Virus record (IMG/VR): IMGVR_UViG_3300032224_000591
Location: 32,001-96,000 of that record
Source: a virus
DNA: 64,000 nucleotides
Direction: 5' to 3' (one strand)
Shown: positions 1 to 10,269 of the stretch, one piece after another
Layout of the letters: each line of letters starts with the position of its first letter
Position numbering within the stretch: position 1 is the stretch's first letter
Position numbers and translations under genes: made by a program
The notes under the pieces: model-generated
What the model was told of the DNA's origin: nothing
The model's input: only the letters and a program-made list of their open reading frames with translations
The model's database searches: none

Positions 1-354
1 GAGTCAAGAACTATTGCTCAGATGATTACAACATTTAAGTTTAACATGTTGCCTGATTCTTCTGGTGCCCTTGGTGGAACTCTCCTAAGTTATCCAAATA
101 TTGTACAGCTGAGTATTGCCAAAGCTCGCGGTGAATATTGGAACTATATTTTTAAGCCAGGTGTTATTAAAACCTTTACAGTCAATTATGCACCAGCTGG
201 CCAACCATCGATGTTCAACAGAACAAACGCTCCAACGGCCGTACAAATTTCAATGACTATTCAAGAGATTGAGTTCTTCCTACAAAGAGATTATGGTGCA
301 TCACAAAATGGTGCTTCAGAGCTATTAAATTCAATGGCGAAACTAGGTCTATAA
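1..354 (+). CDS. gp48: Baseplate tail-tube cap gp48-like, C-terminal part (5' truncated by window edge)
   Basis: Frame is open from position 1 (ESRTIAQMITTFKFNMLP...YP...FKPGVIKTFTVNYAP...AVQISMTIQEIE), resembling the gp48 C-terminus; directly upstream of gp53. Confidence 0.65.
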   Translation, partial: ESRTIAQMITTFKFNMLPDSSGALGGTLLSYPNIVQLSIAKARGEYWNYIFKPGVIKTFTVNYAPAGQPSMFNRTNAPTAVQISMTIQEIEFFLQRDYGASQNGASELLNSMAKLGL

Positions 355-1289
355 TGGCAGAGACATACTTCAAAAATTTCAACATTATATCATACGCAAA
401 CAACTATGCCGTCGATCTGACAGAGCGTGTTGTTGGATTAAGAAATGCGTTGAAGAACCCATATATATTCTACCCAATGACTATTGTTCAAGGCGTCAGG
501 CCGGATCAGTTAGCTTATGGTAACTATCAAGACCCATATACTAGTTGGCTTCTGTATATCACTAATGATATTATTGATCCATATTATGAATGGTATCTGA
601 CAGATTACCAGTTGACTCAGTTTATTAAAGAAAAATATGGAACACTTCAAAATGCTATGGATAAAGTAGCATACTATCGAAATGACTATGTCGAAAAAAA
701 TTCAATAACGCCTGCAGCCTATAATGCTTTAACTTATAGACAGAAGGAATATTGGGAACCACAATATGCTGAGGGATCTAGAATTCTTGAGTATACAAGA
801 AAAAAGTTGGATCTAAAAACCACTACTAACTATATCCTTAAGATAGGATATTTCGGTAACGGTGGATTTACAGATTCAAACACCGGTCTATGGGACTCTT
901 ATTTTAAGAGTAATGAAGTCCTAAAAATTCAGCTATATAATAGTGTCACATCTAGATACGTAACAGGTAAAGCACAGTTCATACAGGCTAATTCATCAGC
1001 GATGCTTGTGCAACATGTCTCAGATGATGCTTTCCCGCACAATAATATTATTACTGGTCCAATCGCGTATGTGTATGGAACGGAAAGTGGTGCTAATGTT
1101 AGTATTACAAACAATGATATTAGTTTTGTTTCAAATAACATTCCATCTGATGTGCTTGCTTACTATACGCCGGTATACTATTATGATCTAGAGGTTGAAA
1201 AGAATGAGGGCAACAAAACTATTCGTTTACTTCAACCAGAATACGTTCCTGACTTTCTAAGAAACTTCAAAACACTATTGAGTCAATAA
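354..1289 (+). CDS. gp53: Baseplate wedge protein gp53
   Basis: YFKNF..ISY N-terminus, RPDQLAYGNYQDP..SWLL..TNDIIDPYYEW LysM-like motif, C-terminal E..KNE..K.IRLL.PEY. Confidence 0.85.
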   Translation: MAETYFKNFNIISYANNYAVDLTERVVGLRNALKNPYIFYPMTIVQGVRPDQLAYGNYQDPYTSWLLYITNDIIDPYYEWYLTDYQLTQFIKEKYGTLQNAMDKVAYYRNDYVEKNSITPAAYNALTYRQKEYWEPQYAEGSRILEYTRKKLDLKTTTNYILKIGYFGNGGFTDSNTGLWDSYFKSNEVLKIQLYNSVTSRYVTGKAQFIQANSSAMLVQHVSDDAFPHNNIITGPIAYVYGTESGANVSITNNDISFVSNNIPSDVLAYYTPVYYYDLEVEKNEGNKTIRLLQPEYVPDFLRNFKTLLSQ

Positions 1290-2516
1290 ATGGCAGGTTA
1301 TAATCCAGGTGATATTTTTATCGACGCTGTTACTGTATCATCACCACGTGGTGGGAGCAGGAACTTAGCGCCGCAATTTCTATCGGGTGAAATTACAGAG
1401 ACGATCTTTAGTCCAGGTTGCCTTGTGCAGATTAGGGTTATTGACTTAGATGACTATCTTGGTACATTTGGTAAGTTAACAGGTGACGAGACAGTAAAGT
1501 TCTCATTGCGTAAACCAAATGGTGGCTCAGCCACATATAATCTACATCTAAACTCTGTTAAGGAAGCACAAGGGACTGCTGCTGATAAATCTAAGACATA
1601 TATCCTGGACTGCATCTCAGAGGAAGTATTCCATGGTCAGGCAAAACATGTCCAGAAGGGATACAATACAACCATCGATGGTATTGTTAAGGATGTCTTT
1701 GGCCAACTAGGAAGTAAGTCGCGTATTAATGCTGAGGCTACAAAGGGTAAACGTAATCTGAAGATTACTAATCAACCAATCTTTCATGCTATTGAGATGT
1801 TAAGAAAAGAAGCTGTATCTGAGAAGAACAAGTCATCTAATTTCATGTTTTGGCAGACACATAGTGGATTTCACTTTAAGAGTCTAGAAGAGATGATGAG
1901 TGGCGGTGATGTTAAGACATTTAAGAGATCTAACACAGTCGGCGCAAATCATAATAGTGACTTTGATACTAATGCCCTAGCTTATAAAATTCTCCATAGT
2001 ATGGATGCCATCAATCGTATCCACTCAGGTGCTATGAATCAGAGAGTAGCTACATTCAATACCCATACAAATACGTTTGTATGGAAAGATATTAAGCCAA
2101 AAGGCAGTGATTTACGTAGTCTTGGTAAAGGTATTATTATGACTGCGGCATTTATCGATGCATTTGCTACCGGCATGAGAGCTGTAATGAGGGTGGTCAA
2201 TCATAATGATGATATTAAAATTGATAAGTCGCATGTACCAGAGACAATTCCACATAAGATGCTAGACCTTGCAAGAATGCAAGAGCAGACAATGCATATG
2301 ACAGTTATCGGCGATACAGTACTAGAAGCTGGTTCGACTATTAATAATAATATTCCAAAGATAACAGCTGAGCGGAATAACAAAGAGCAGGATGCGCAAG
2401 CTTCTGGGCGATGGATTATCTCAAAAGTAAAGCATGAAATTAAAGGAGCTGCTGATAGACCTAGATGGGTTTCGCACCTAGAGTGTATTAAAGGTTCATA
2501 TGAGGAGAGTGTCTAA
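1290..2516 (+). CDS. Baseplate hub protein (gp27/GPD/VgrG-N-like)
   Basis: Lies between gp53 and gp5; FMFWQT..GFHFKSLE motif and C-terminal TVIGD..LEAG...SGRWIISKVKHEI typical of hub proteins. Confidence 0.65.
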   Translation: MAGYNPGDIFIDAVTVSSPRGGSRNLAPQFLSGEITETIFSPGCLVQIRVIDLDDYLGTFGKLTGDETVKFSLRKPNGGSATYNLHLNSVKEAQGTAADKSKTYILDCISEEVFHGQAKHVQKGYNTTIDGIVKDVFGQLGSKSRINAEATKGKRNLKITNQPIFHAIEMLRKEAVSEKNKSSNFMFWQTHSGFHFKSLEEMMSGGDVKTFKRSNTVGANHNSDFDTNALAYKILHSMDAINRIHSGAMNQRVATFNTHTNTFVWKDIKPKGSDLRSLGKGIIMTAAFIDAFATGMRAVMRVVNHNDDIKIDKSHVPETIPHKMLDLARMQEQTMHMTVIGDTVLEAGSTINNNIPKITAERNNKEQDAQASGRWIISKVKHEIKGAADRPRWVSHLECIKGSYEESV

Positions 2517-2824
2517 TGACAGAACAAGCTAGTGGTATGCATTTCTTCGTTGCTGATGTTCGTAATATTCAGGATCCGAATGAAGGTGGTAAAGTACAAA
2601 TCTGCGTCCATGGTCATCACAATATTGGTGATAAACCAATTCCGGATGATGACCTTCCATGGGCACACTGCATTATGAATAATAGCCCTTCACTAAATGG
2701 TATTGGTGAATCAGTTGGCTATATTGCACAAAGCACTGTTGTGGGATTCTGGTTAGATGGCGATAGAAAACAGATTCCATATATCATCGGTAGCGTGCAC
2801 CGTGGCGCACAGCCAAAGGGATAA
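2516..2824 (+). CDS. gp5: gp5 central spike N-terminal OB-fold domain, encoded as a stand-alone ORF
   Basis: FFVADV..IQDP..GGKVQICVHGHH...DDDLPWA...VVGFWLDG..KQIPYIIGSV matches the gp5/VgrG OB domain; only 102 aa. Confidence 0.85.
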   Translation: MTEQASGMHFFVADVRNIQDPNEGGKVQICVHGHHNIGDKPIPDDDLPWAHCIMNNSPSLNGIGESVGYIAQSTVVGFWLDGDRKQIPYIIGSVHRGAQPKG

Positions 2825-2826
2825 TT

Positions 2827-4545
2827 ATGGCTATTGGTAAAGACACAATATCAAGCGGTTTAGGTAAAGTAACTGGCTTAGGCGGTGTACAAGGTGAAGA
2901 CCTTGAAGCACCTGCATCAACTAAAGGCAACAAAGGTGCGTCTACGCCTACTACAGACGCACCTAATCCAGGCCATATCCAGGATAATGGTAAAAAGCCT
3001 CCTACTAGCAGTGCGGCTGATATTCTTAAAGCAGCAAGCCAAGGAAAATATGGTCAATCGCCGGTAGGTGTTAAGAAGCCTAGAGAAGAATTAAAGAAAG
3101 ACGATAACGCTGTCAAGAGCGTTAAGGATAAACACACTGAAGATAATAAGGGCAAACCGACAGAGCCTAAGAATCCTACAGCAGGCGCATCAGTAGCAGC
3201 TAAAATTCATGATGCTTTGATGGAGGTTGATCCTGGTCAGATCGCTGCACCATTAAAGATGGCGCTGCAGTCTATGAATATGATACGTATGATGGATAGT
3301 ATGACGTCGCCCGCTGGTATTCTAGCAATGGCATCAGGCGGTATTGGCGGCGCACTCGGCGGATTAGCTGGGGCTGTTGGTCTGGGTGGTGTACAGAATG
3401 CTCTTAATGGTGCAATGGGTGGATTAAGTGCAATTGCTGGCGTAACAAGTACTATGCAGAATGCGCTTCAAGGCGGTATGATGGGTATGATTAGTGGTGC
3501 AGCACAAGGTGTGTTTCATCCGGCAGAGCTTGCGCAGACTATTGAGTCTGCATCTATCCTTCACACGGCCATGAATGAGATTGCAAGCGGTAGTCCATAC
3601 GCTATCGATGCTGTAGCACAGTTTGGTGGTCCAGCATTTGGCCTGACACCTGGTTCACTTGAGGCAAAGATTGCTCTACTCGGTCCTGGTGGACGGATGA
3701 CTCATACTCAGATAATCAACGGTGTGCGAGTTAATACGTATATTCAGACTTCATCTATTCCAATGAATAATTGGAATATGCCAAAGCTGAATGGGTTAGA
3801 ACATGTTGCAATTGCAGCAGGCGCTGTAAGTGATATTGCCGGCTCATTATCAAATTTGATGGGTGTTAATAATCCAATCGGTGATGCTTTAGGCCAAGCA
3901 GCTGATCTTCTTGGTGACGTATCTGATGTTGCGGGTATTGCCGGTAGTGTTGGTCACATTGGCGGTATGGTTGGTGGTCTAATGCAAGGTGGTCCAGCAA
4001 GTATTGCTGGTGGTTTAGCACTAGCATCGACCGCTACAAATGTCATTGGTGGTGTAGCCAATGCTTTAAGCGCCGGCGGATTAGCTGGTGCTCTAAGTGG
4101 TGGTATCGGAGGCATTATTGACGGTGGTTTGAATAAGATTCTCGGCGGCCCGCTTGGTGGATTAATGGATATGGCCGGTAGTTTAATACCTAGTGTCGGT
4201 GGGTCTATTATGGATATTGTTAAAAAAGAAGTACCGGGTATTGCAGCAATTGGTGGTAAGATGCCTAAGCTAGGTGAGACGATGACCGATTCTGTAAAGG
4301 TACTAGCGCTTAGTAAAAAGGGAGCTGACGCCGCACGCAATATATTCGAAGCACCACAAGCTGCGGCCATTGGCGAGATGGTTGGTATGACTGCTGGTCT
4401 TGCTGCCGCAGTAGGTTCGTTTAAAGCTATTACACCATTTGGTGATGTTATTCACTCTGTTGCTGCTGGTGCTGCTATCGGTGCTGTTGCTGGTTCAGCT
4501 ATTGGATCGGTTGCGCAGGGTCTTGGTTCTATTCTTAGGGGTTAA
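2827..4545 (+). CDS. Gly/Ala-rich hydrophobic (glycine-zipper) protein occupying the gp5 middle-domain position
   Basis: 572 aa; charged Lys/Pro-rich N-terminus followed by many GxxxG helical repeats; sits between the gp5 OB ORF and the gp5 C-terminal ORF. Confidence 0.6.
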   Translation: MAIGKDTISSGLGKVTGLGGVQGEDLEAPASTKGNKGASTPTTDAPNPGHIQDNGKKPPTSSAADILKAASQGKYGQSPVGVKKPREELKKDDNAVKSVKDKHTEDNKGKPTEPKNPTAGASVAAKIHDALMEVDPGQIAAPLKMALQSMNMIRMMDSMTSPAGILAMASGGIGGALGGLAGAVGLGGVQNALNGAMGGLSAIAGVTSTMQNALQGGMMGMISGAAQGVFHPAELAQTIESASILHTAMNEIASGSPYAIDAVAQFGGPAFGLTPGSLEAKIALLGPGGRMTHTQIINGVRVNTYIQTSSIPMNNWNMPKLNGLEHVAIAAGAVSDIAGSLSNLMGVNNPIGDALGQAADLLGDVSDVAGIAGSVGHIGGMVGGLMQGGPASIAGGLALASTATNVIGGVANALSAGGLAGALSGGIGGIIDGGLNKILGGPLGGLMDMAGSLIPSVGGSIMDIVKKEVPGIAAIGGKMPKLGETMTDSVKVLALSKKGADAARNIFEAPQAAAIGEMVGMTAGLAAAVGSFKAITPFGDVIHSVAAGAAIGAVAGSAIGSVAQGLGSILRG

Positions 4546-4548
4546 AAC

Positions 4549-5271
4549 ATGGCAAAGCCACCAAATAATCGATTTCCTGATCATCCACCTACACCGAAAC
4601 AATACCTAAGTCACGTGACAACACGTGTTGATGGAAGCTATCGTGCGCACTCAATCGATCCTAGTAATCGAATGAGAACAGTTGGATTCCTAACAGCAGC
4701 GGGTGTATTTTTAGCACATGTTATTGATGCAGCGGGGCATCAGAGTGCAGCTACACCCGGTGGTACAAAGCGATTCTCTCAGAGCGATACTAAGACCACT
4801 ACTAATCATGCTGACGCATCAGCCGGTGGCGGTAAGAGTGATAAGACGGCGGGTGGTGGTGATACGCAGCATGGTGGTGATAAGACAGACTCTGTAAAGG
4901 GTGCCAAATTAGCTGCATCAAAGCAATCTGCAAAGAACTTTGCTTCAGGTGGCAACGGTCGCCATGTAATGAAGGGTGATCAATCTAATGTCGTTGAAGA
5001 AGGCGGCATGCACTTTGACATTTCAAAGGGATATACACTTACTACTAAAGATGGATCAGTAGCATTAAAAAGCACCGGTGGTGACATCAATGTTTCTGCA
5101 CCAGCAGGTAACTATGCTATTACAACTGCCGGTAATCAGACGCACATTGCATCTGATGATATGATATTTTCTAGTACAACACGAATAATTTTACAGGTTG
5201 GTGCATCGTATATTGAGATTACACCAAGCAAGATCACTATTAAATCTGCTAAGGTTGATATTAACCCATGA
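4549..5271 (+). CDS. gp5 C-terminal beta-helix spike (VgrG C-terminal-like)
   Basis: Short beta-strand repeats ending ILQVGASYIEITPSKITIKSAKVDINP, the typical VgrG/gp5 spike terminus; PAAR gene follows. Confidence 0.75.
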   Translation: MAKPPNNRFPDHPPTPKQYLSHVTTRVDGSYRAHSIDPSNRMRTVGFLTAAGVFLAHVIDAAGHQSAATPGGTKRFSQSDTKTTTNHADASAGGGKSDKTAGGGDTQHGGDKTDSVKGAKLAASKQSAKNFASGGNGRHVMKGDQSNVVEEGGMHFDISKGYTLTTKDGSVALKSTGGDINVSAPAGNYAITTAGNQTHIASDDMIFSSTTRIILQVGASYIEITPSKITIKSAKVDINP

Positions 5272-5480
5272 GCCACAAGTTTACCATTCTAAAAGATGGC
5301 GTTCTTATAGACTACGATAAATATGAAGATATACCTGATTCTTTTGAACACGTAATTGCATTTCTACCTGAGATTCCTGATGGTCCACATACTGAGGATC
5401 AACATGATGAGATTGAGCAATGGAATGATAAACTTCAAGCATTAATGAAGAAGGAACGAGAGAATGCCAGCAGTAACTAG
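5268..5480 (+). CDS. Small acidic conserved phage protein next to PAAR
   Basis: 70 aa ORF overlapping both neighbours (ATGA coupling upstream); YEDIP..FEHVIAFLPEIP.GPHTE.QH motif. Confidence 0.6.
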   Translation: MSHKFTILKDGVLIDYDKYEDIPDSFEHVIAFLPEIPDGPHTEDQHDEIEQWNDKLQALMKKERENASSN

Positions 5481-5754
5481 AAAAGGTGATGCTGATGTTT
5501 CTCACTGTAGTGGTATGACTAGAGATGGTTGTTCACCAGATGTTTATGTGAATGGTATTGCAGTTAGTAGACAGGGTGATAATAATACATCTCATCTATT
5601 ACCTGGAGCACCATGTCCTTCCCATGCAGCGCCAATAGATACTGGTTCATCGACAGTGTTTGTTAATGGTAAGGGTATTGGAAGAGTTGGAGATGCATTA
5701 AGTGGCTGCACATCAGTTGCAGCTGGTTCACCAAACGTATTTGCAGGCGGGTAA
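5464..5754 (+). CDS. PAAR spike-tip protein (gp5.4-like)
   Basis: MPAVTRKGD, VYVNGIAVSRQGD, GSSTVFVNGKGIGRVGD, GSPNVFAG with metal-binding His/Cys. Confidence 0.92.
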   Translation: MPAVTRKGDADVSHCSGMTRDGCSPDVYVNGIAVSRQGDNNTSHLLPGAPCPSHAAPIDTGSSTVFVNGKGIGRVGDALSGCTSVAAGSPNVFAGG

Positions 5755-5755
5755 C

Positions 5756-6178
5756 ATGGTTAGCAGAGCAGACAGTATCGGACAACTATATTATAAGGCA
5801 GATACTTACTCTGACTTCTCAAACGCATTTACTAAACATCCGATCACTAAAGAACTTATCACATTAAAGAATGAAGACTCCGTCAGACAGTCGGTAAAGA
5901 ACCTGATCATGACCGGTGTTGGAGAGAGATTCTTCGATCCATTCTTTGGGTCAAATGTTAATCAGTGTTTGTTTGAGAACTTTGGCCCATTTACCGCCGA
6001 GGACATTGTCAAGTATATTAATAAGTCCGTCAGACTATATGAGCCTCGTGTCGATCAGATGATGGTTACACCCCTTAACGATCCTGATCGAAACGGGCTT
6101 GCTATTAACATTGTTTTCACACTAATAAATAAGCCAGATCCGGTTCAACTAAGCATCTTCTTAAAAAGAGTCAGGTAA
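5756..6178 (+). CDS. gp25: Baseplate wedge subunit gp25
   Basis: YSD....F..HP....L..LKNEDSVRQSVKNLIMT..GERFFDP.FGS...LFE and YEPRV motifs; start placed at ATG 5756 just after the PAAR stop. Confidence 0.9.
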   Translation: MVSRADSIGQLYYKADTYSDFSNAFTKHPITKELITLKNEDSVRQSVKNLIMTGVGERFFDPFFGSNVNQCLFENFGPFTAEDIVKYINKSVRLYEPRVDQMMVTPLNDPDRNGLAINIVFTLINKPDPVQLSIFLKRVR

Positions 6179-8011
6179 ATGGCAGCCAATACATCACTAT
6201 CACTGACATCACTAGATTTTGATACCTTAAAGGCAGACTTTAAGAGCTTCCTGACGTCTCAAGCTAAATTCAAAGATTTTAACTTTGAAGGTTCGAACAT
6301 GAACGTCCTTCTGGACGTTATGTCGTACAATACGTATCTAAACTCTTTCTACCTTAATATGGTAGCATCTGAGATGTTCCTGGATACAGCACAGAAGTAT
6401 GATTCAGTTGTATCACACGCCAAAGAGTTGAACTATCTTCCAAAGTCTGCAAAGTCATCACTAGCTACAGTTTCATTTTCTGCTGCTACTATCGGTATTG
6501 CATCACCATTTGCCATCCCCAAGGGAACTACATTCAGTGGTACTAACTCGAATGGTGTATTCACATTCTCAACAAATCAGCTTCATAATTATACCTCAGC
6601 TAATTCTACCTATACTGTAGAAAGTCTAAATCTATACGAGGGTGTATATACAACTGATGTTTTCATTGTTGACTACACTGTAGAGACACAAAAATATCTG
6701 CTAACAAATCAATATATCGATATTGACAGTTTGACCGTAACGGTAACTGAAGGAAGCAGCAACACCACTTTCACGCGTGTTCAAACTCTATTTGGTCTAA
6801 ATGAACTTTCTAGTGTATACTTCCTACAAGCTGCGCAAAATGGCGCATATGAAATAGTGTTTGGTGACGGACTATTTGGTCGTAAGCCTAATAATCTATC
6901 AGTCGTGTCAGTTGAGTATCGTGTTTGTAGTGGTCCATCGGCAGACGGCATTGACTCATTCCTGTGTACTATGGATCTTGGTGCACTAAACGGTGGCACT
7001 GCGGCCATATCAACACCTACCGCTACCGCTATTTCAGCCGGTGGTGCTGACCCAGAAAATATTGAATCTATCAGATTCTCTGCACCACGTTATTTTGCTA
7101 CACAGCAAAGAGCTTTAGCTTCGGATGATTATTCTGCCCTTGTTCTAGATAATTACGGTGGACAGATTGATGCTGTAAGTGTCTATGGTGGTGAAACGCT
7201 TGAGCCTAAACAGTATGGTCGCGTAGTTGTTGCACTAAAGCCAACAGGCGGTATCATTGCTCCTAACTATCTGAAGGATGACATTGCTAAGTACCTTAAA
7301 GATTACACAAGTTTACCTACACGCATTATTATCGCAGATCCTGAATATTTCTATCTAGGTATCGATACTAAAGTACAGTATGAAAAAGCAGCAACCACTA
7401 AATTAGTCAATGAGCTTCAAAGCTTATTAGTCAACTCTATTAATACATGGGGTCTAACAAATCTAGGACAGTTTGGTTCTGACTTCAGATACAGTAAATT
7501 TGTGGCAGCTATTGATGCTGTTGACACAAGTATCACAAGCAATAATACCGATGTCTATATTACAAAAAGACTTTCACCATTATTAAACTATGCAACAGGA
7601 TTTAAGATTGCATTTAACAATGCAGCTAATTCCGAAGGTGAGTCGCCTGGATATGTAAAAAATACACCTATGCACGATGAGCCCGTTTTGACATCTACTA
7701 ATTTTTCATACATGGATGTAGATGGCAATGTCTATGATAACTGCTATTTCAGAGATGACAACGTTGGTGGTATTATCATCTACTCGATGATAAATGGTGC
7801 ATTTACTATGATTAATAGCTTAGCTGGAACTATCGAGTATGATACTGGCCTAGTATCACTTCAGAAGTTTATAACTACTAACTATGATCAATACATAACA
7901 CTCAAATATCGTCCCTTAAATAAAGATGTTATCATCGGACAAAATGCAATTGCACTAATCGATATTAGTAGCCCTGACGTTACAGTTGCTGTTATAGAGA
8001 CATTAAAATAA
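6179..8011 (+). CDS. gp6: Baseplate wedge subunit gp6
   Basis: LDFDTLK..F..FL..Q..FKDFNFEGS, YNTYLNSFY.NM..SEMFLDTA, FGDGLFGRKP, ESIRF.APR.FATQQRA...DY. Confidence 0.93.
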   Translation: MAANTSLSLTSLDFDTLKADFKSFLTSQAKFKDFNFEGSNMNVLLDVMSYNTYLNSFYLNMVASEMFLDTAQKYDSVVSHAKELNYLPKSAKSSLATVSFSAATIGIASPFAIPKGTTFSGTNSNGVFTFSTNQLHNYTSANSTYTVESLNLYEGVYTTDVFIVDYTVETQKYLLTNQYIDIDSLTVTVTEGSSNTTFTRVQTLFGLNELSSVYFLQAAQNGAYEIVFGDGLFGRKPNNLSVVSVEYRVCSGPSADGIDSFLCTMDLGALNGGTAAISTPTATAISAGGADPENIESIRFSAPRYFATQQRALASDDYSALVLDNYGGQIDAVSVYGGETLEPKQYGRVVVALKPTGGIIAPNYLKDDIAKYLKDYTSLPTRIIIADPEYFYLGIDTKVQYEKAATTKLVNELQSLLVNSINTWGLTNLGQFGSDFRYSKFVAAIDAVDTSITSNNTDVYITKRLSPLLNYATGFKIAFNNAANSEGESPGYVKNTPMHDEPVLTSTNFSYMDVDGNVYDNCYFRDDNVGGIIIYSMINGAFTMINSLAGTIEYDTGLVSLQKFITTNYDQYITLKYRPLNKDVIIGQNAIALIDISSPDVTVAVIETLK

Positions 8012-10257
8012 TGGACTTTTCAGTAGAAAAGAAGATCTCTAATTTTATTGAGTCGCAGTTCCCTCAATTCTATCTGGATGAGGGCGAGAATTTTATTGCT
8101 TTCACTAAAGCCTATTATGAGTGGATGGAGACAGAGGGTGGCGCCATATATGGTGCAAGAAATATCTTCGAGTTCAGGGATATTGATAGAACACCTGACA
8201 CTATGCCATGGAACGAAGCCAGTCTTAATGGCTTTCTAGAACATTTTCAGCGTAAGTATCTCTATAGTATCCCATTTAATACGATCATCAATAAGCGCTT
8301 TCTTCTAAAGCATATCCTTGATGTCTATCGTTCTAAAGGAACTATCAGCTGTTATAAGCTTCTATTCCGCCTCATCTATAATGAGGATGTTGATATTTAC
8401 CTACCAGGTGTTAACATTTTACGCCTGTCTGATGGTAAGTGGAATGAGCCACGTTATCTAGAAGTCTCTGATAGTACACTTAACGCAAGTTTTGTAGGTA
8501 AGAAGATTCTGGGCATTGGTTCTGGTACTACAGCAATTATCGAGAGCTATAGCCGCGCGCCGATCAATGAGCAGATTATTGGCACATTCCAGCTTAGTAA
8601 TATATTACCTAAAGGCGGAAATTTCACTAAGGGTGAAAAGCTAATCACTGTAGGCGATGAGAATAATGGTATATTAATTAGTGCTGCTCCCGTCGTTATT
8701 GGTTCACTAGAGACGTTATCCATTATCAACGGTGGGCAGGATTATAAAGTCGGCGACGTTGTTAAGATTGCGCATCTATCATTGACTGGAAATGGTGCAG
8801 CTATTTCTTACGGTATTGATGGATCATTGCGTGTTACTGAGACAACAACTGCAAGCGGTGCAATACATTATGAAATACTAAATCGTGGATTTGGTGTTAC
8901 TGCAAACTCATTAATCTTTCAATATAAGACTTCAGCAAATGGTACGGGTGCAGCATTTGCGCTTGGACCACTAGCATACACAGTCCCAATTACGTACAAT
9001 ACCGATAATATTGCAGACTATCTTGATAAGGCTCTAAATACAACAGCATATGGATTTCCTGGTGCACCTACTGCAAATGCTACAACCGGTACTGTTGGTA
9101 GTGCATTAACATTTGCTACCCAGACTTTTGGGTCTATCTCAACACTGACTAATATGTTTGGTGGAAATGCCTATACCTCAAATCTAAATATTATTATACG
9201 TAGCACTCAGGATGTGACGAATGCTCATTCTGGCAACATCACATATAGTAGCACATCAAATACAATAACTGGTGTTGGAACTAGTTTTGAACGCTACTTT
9301 ACAGCCAATAGTGTTGTCTTACTGCAAGCTAATAGCTCGAATAATAATTCTAAAGAGTATGCTGTCATTAAGACTGTGACAAGTAATACGTCGATGATAT
9401 TATACGGACCACCATCATATAATTCAGTAGCTAATTTAGCATTGCATCGGGTTTCACCGGTTATTCTACCATCAAATTTTGCGCAGTATGAAACGACTGT
9501 GTCAACAAATGACGGTACGTATGCTGGAATTAACTCACAAATTCTAGCATCTCCTGTGACAGGTAGCGGCGTTATTTCTGGTTTAAGCTCAGTAAATTCT
9601 GGTAAAGGATACGTTGATCAAGAGGTTGTCGAGGCATATCTTTATGCTGGTCTAGCGGCTATTAGAATTGAGGATGGCGGTACAGCATATTCGAACGGTG
9701 ATATGATTGTGTTTGCAGGTGTGACTACCGGTACGCGTGCCTCTGGTTATGTAACAACATATGCAAATGGAACAATTATCGCTGCAACTATGACGACATC
9801 CGGATCTGGTTATACCGGTGCACCTCGATTAACAGTAAGATCTATCAATGGTAAAGGCGCTATATTAACAACAAGCGTTACTGAATTTAATGAAGCTAGT
9901 AAGATTACCGGTAGGGTAATCAAGGGCGGACTTGGTAAGACGGCCGGTTTCTGGAGTACAGATGACGGCTTCTTAGATGCGAATAAATACATTCAAGATA
10001 GCTATTTTTATCAGGATTTCTCATACCAAATTAAGACTGCAGCCACTCTTGATAAGTATAAGAACCTTCTGTATGACACATTTCACACCGCAGGTGCTCA
10101 ATTATTTGGTGAATTTAATAAAACAATGGTTGAGTCTGTCACAGCAACTATCGATACTGAATCAACAGCTGCATCGTATCTGAGCTTAATCTTTATTACT
10201 ACTGATACGAATACTATCAAGACTGATTCGAACTTCTACACGGCTGACCAACTCTAA
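8011..10257 (+). CDS. gp7: Baseplate wedge initiator gp7-like
   Basis: IESQFPQF...F..F.KAYYEWME, YRSKGT...YKLLFRLIYNE, C-terminal IQDSYFYQDFSYQIK...H.AG; follows gp6. Confidence 0.7.
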   Translation: MDFSVEKKISNFIESQFPQFYLDEGENFIAFTKAYYEWMETEGGAIYGARNIFEFRDIDRTPDTMPWNEASLNGFLEHFQRKYLYSIPFNTIINKRFLLKHILDVYRSKGTISCYKLLFRLIYNEDVDIYLPGVNILRLSDGKWNEPRYLEVSDSTLNASFVGKKILGIGSGTTAIIESYSRAPINEQIIGTFQLSNILPKGGNFTKGEKLITVGDENNGILISAAPVVIGSLETLSIINGGQDYKVGDVVKIAHLSLTGNGAAISYGIDGSLRVTETTTASGAIHYEILNRGFGVTANSLIFQYKTSANGTGAAFALGPLAYTVPITYNTDNIADYLDKALNTTAYGFPGAPTANATTGTVGSALTFATQTFGSISTLTNMFGGNAYTSNLNIIIRSTQDVTNAHSGNITYSSTSNTITGVGTSFERYFTANSVVLLQANSSNNNSKEYAVIKTVTSNTSMILYGPPSYNSVANLALHRVSPVILPSNFAQYETTVSTNDGTYAGINSQILASPVTGSGVISGLSSVNSGKGYVDQEVVEAYLYAGLAAIRIEDGGTAYSNGDMIVFAGVTTGTRASGYVTTYANGTIIAATMTTSGSGYTGAPRLTVRSINGKGAILTTSVTEFNEASKITGRVIKGGLGKTAGFWSTDDGFLDANKYIQDSYFYQDFSYQIKTAATLDKYKNLLYDTFHTAGAQLFGEFNKTMVESVTATIDTESTAASYLSLIFITTDTNTIKTDSNFYTADQL

Positions 10258-10269
10258 GGAATATAGGCA

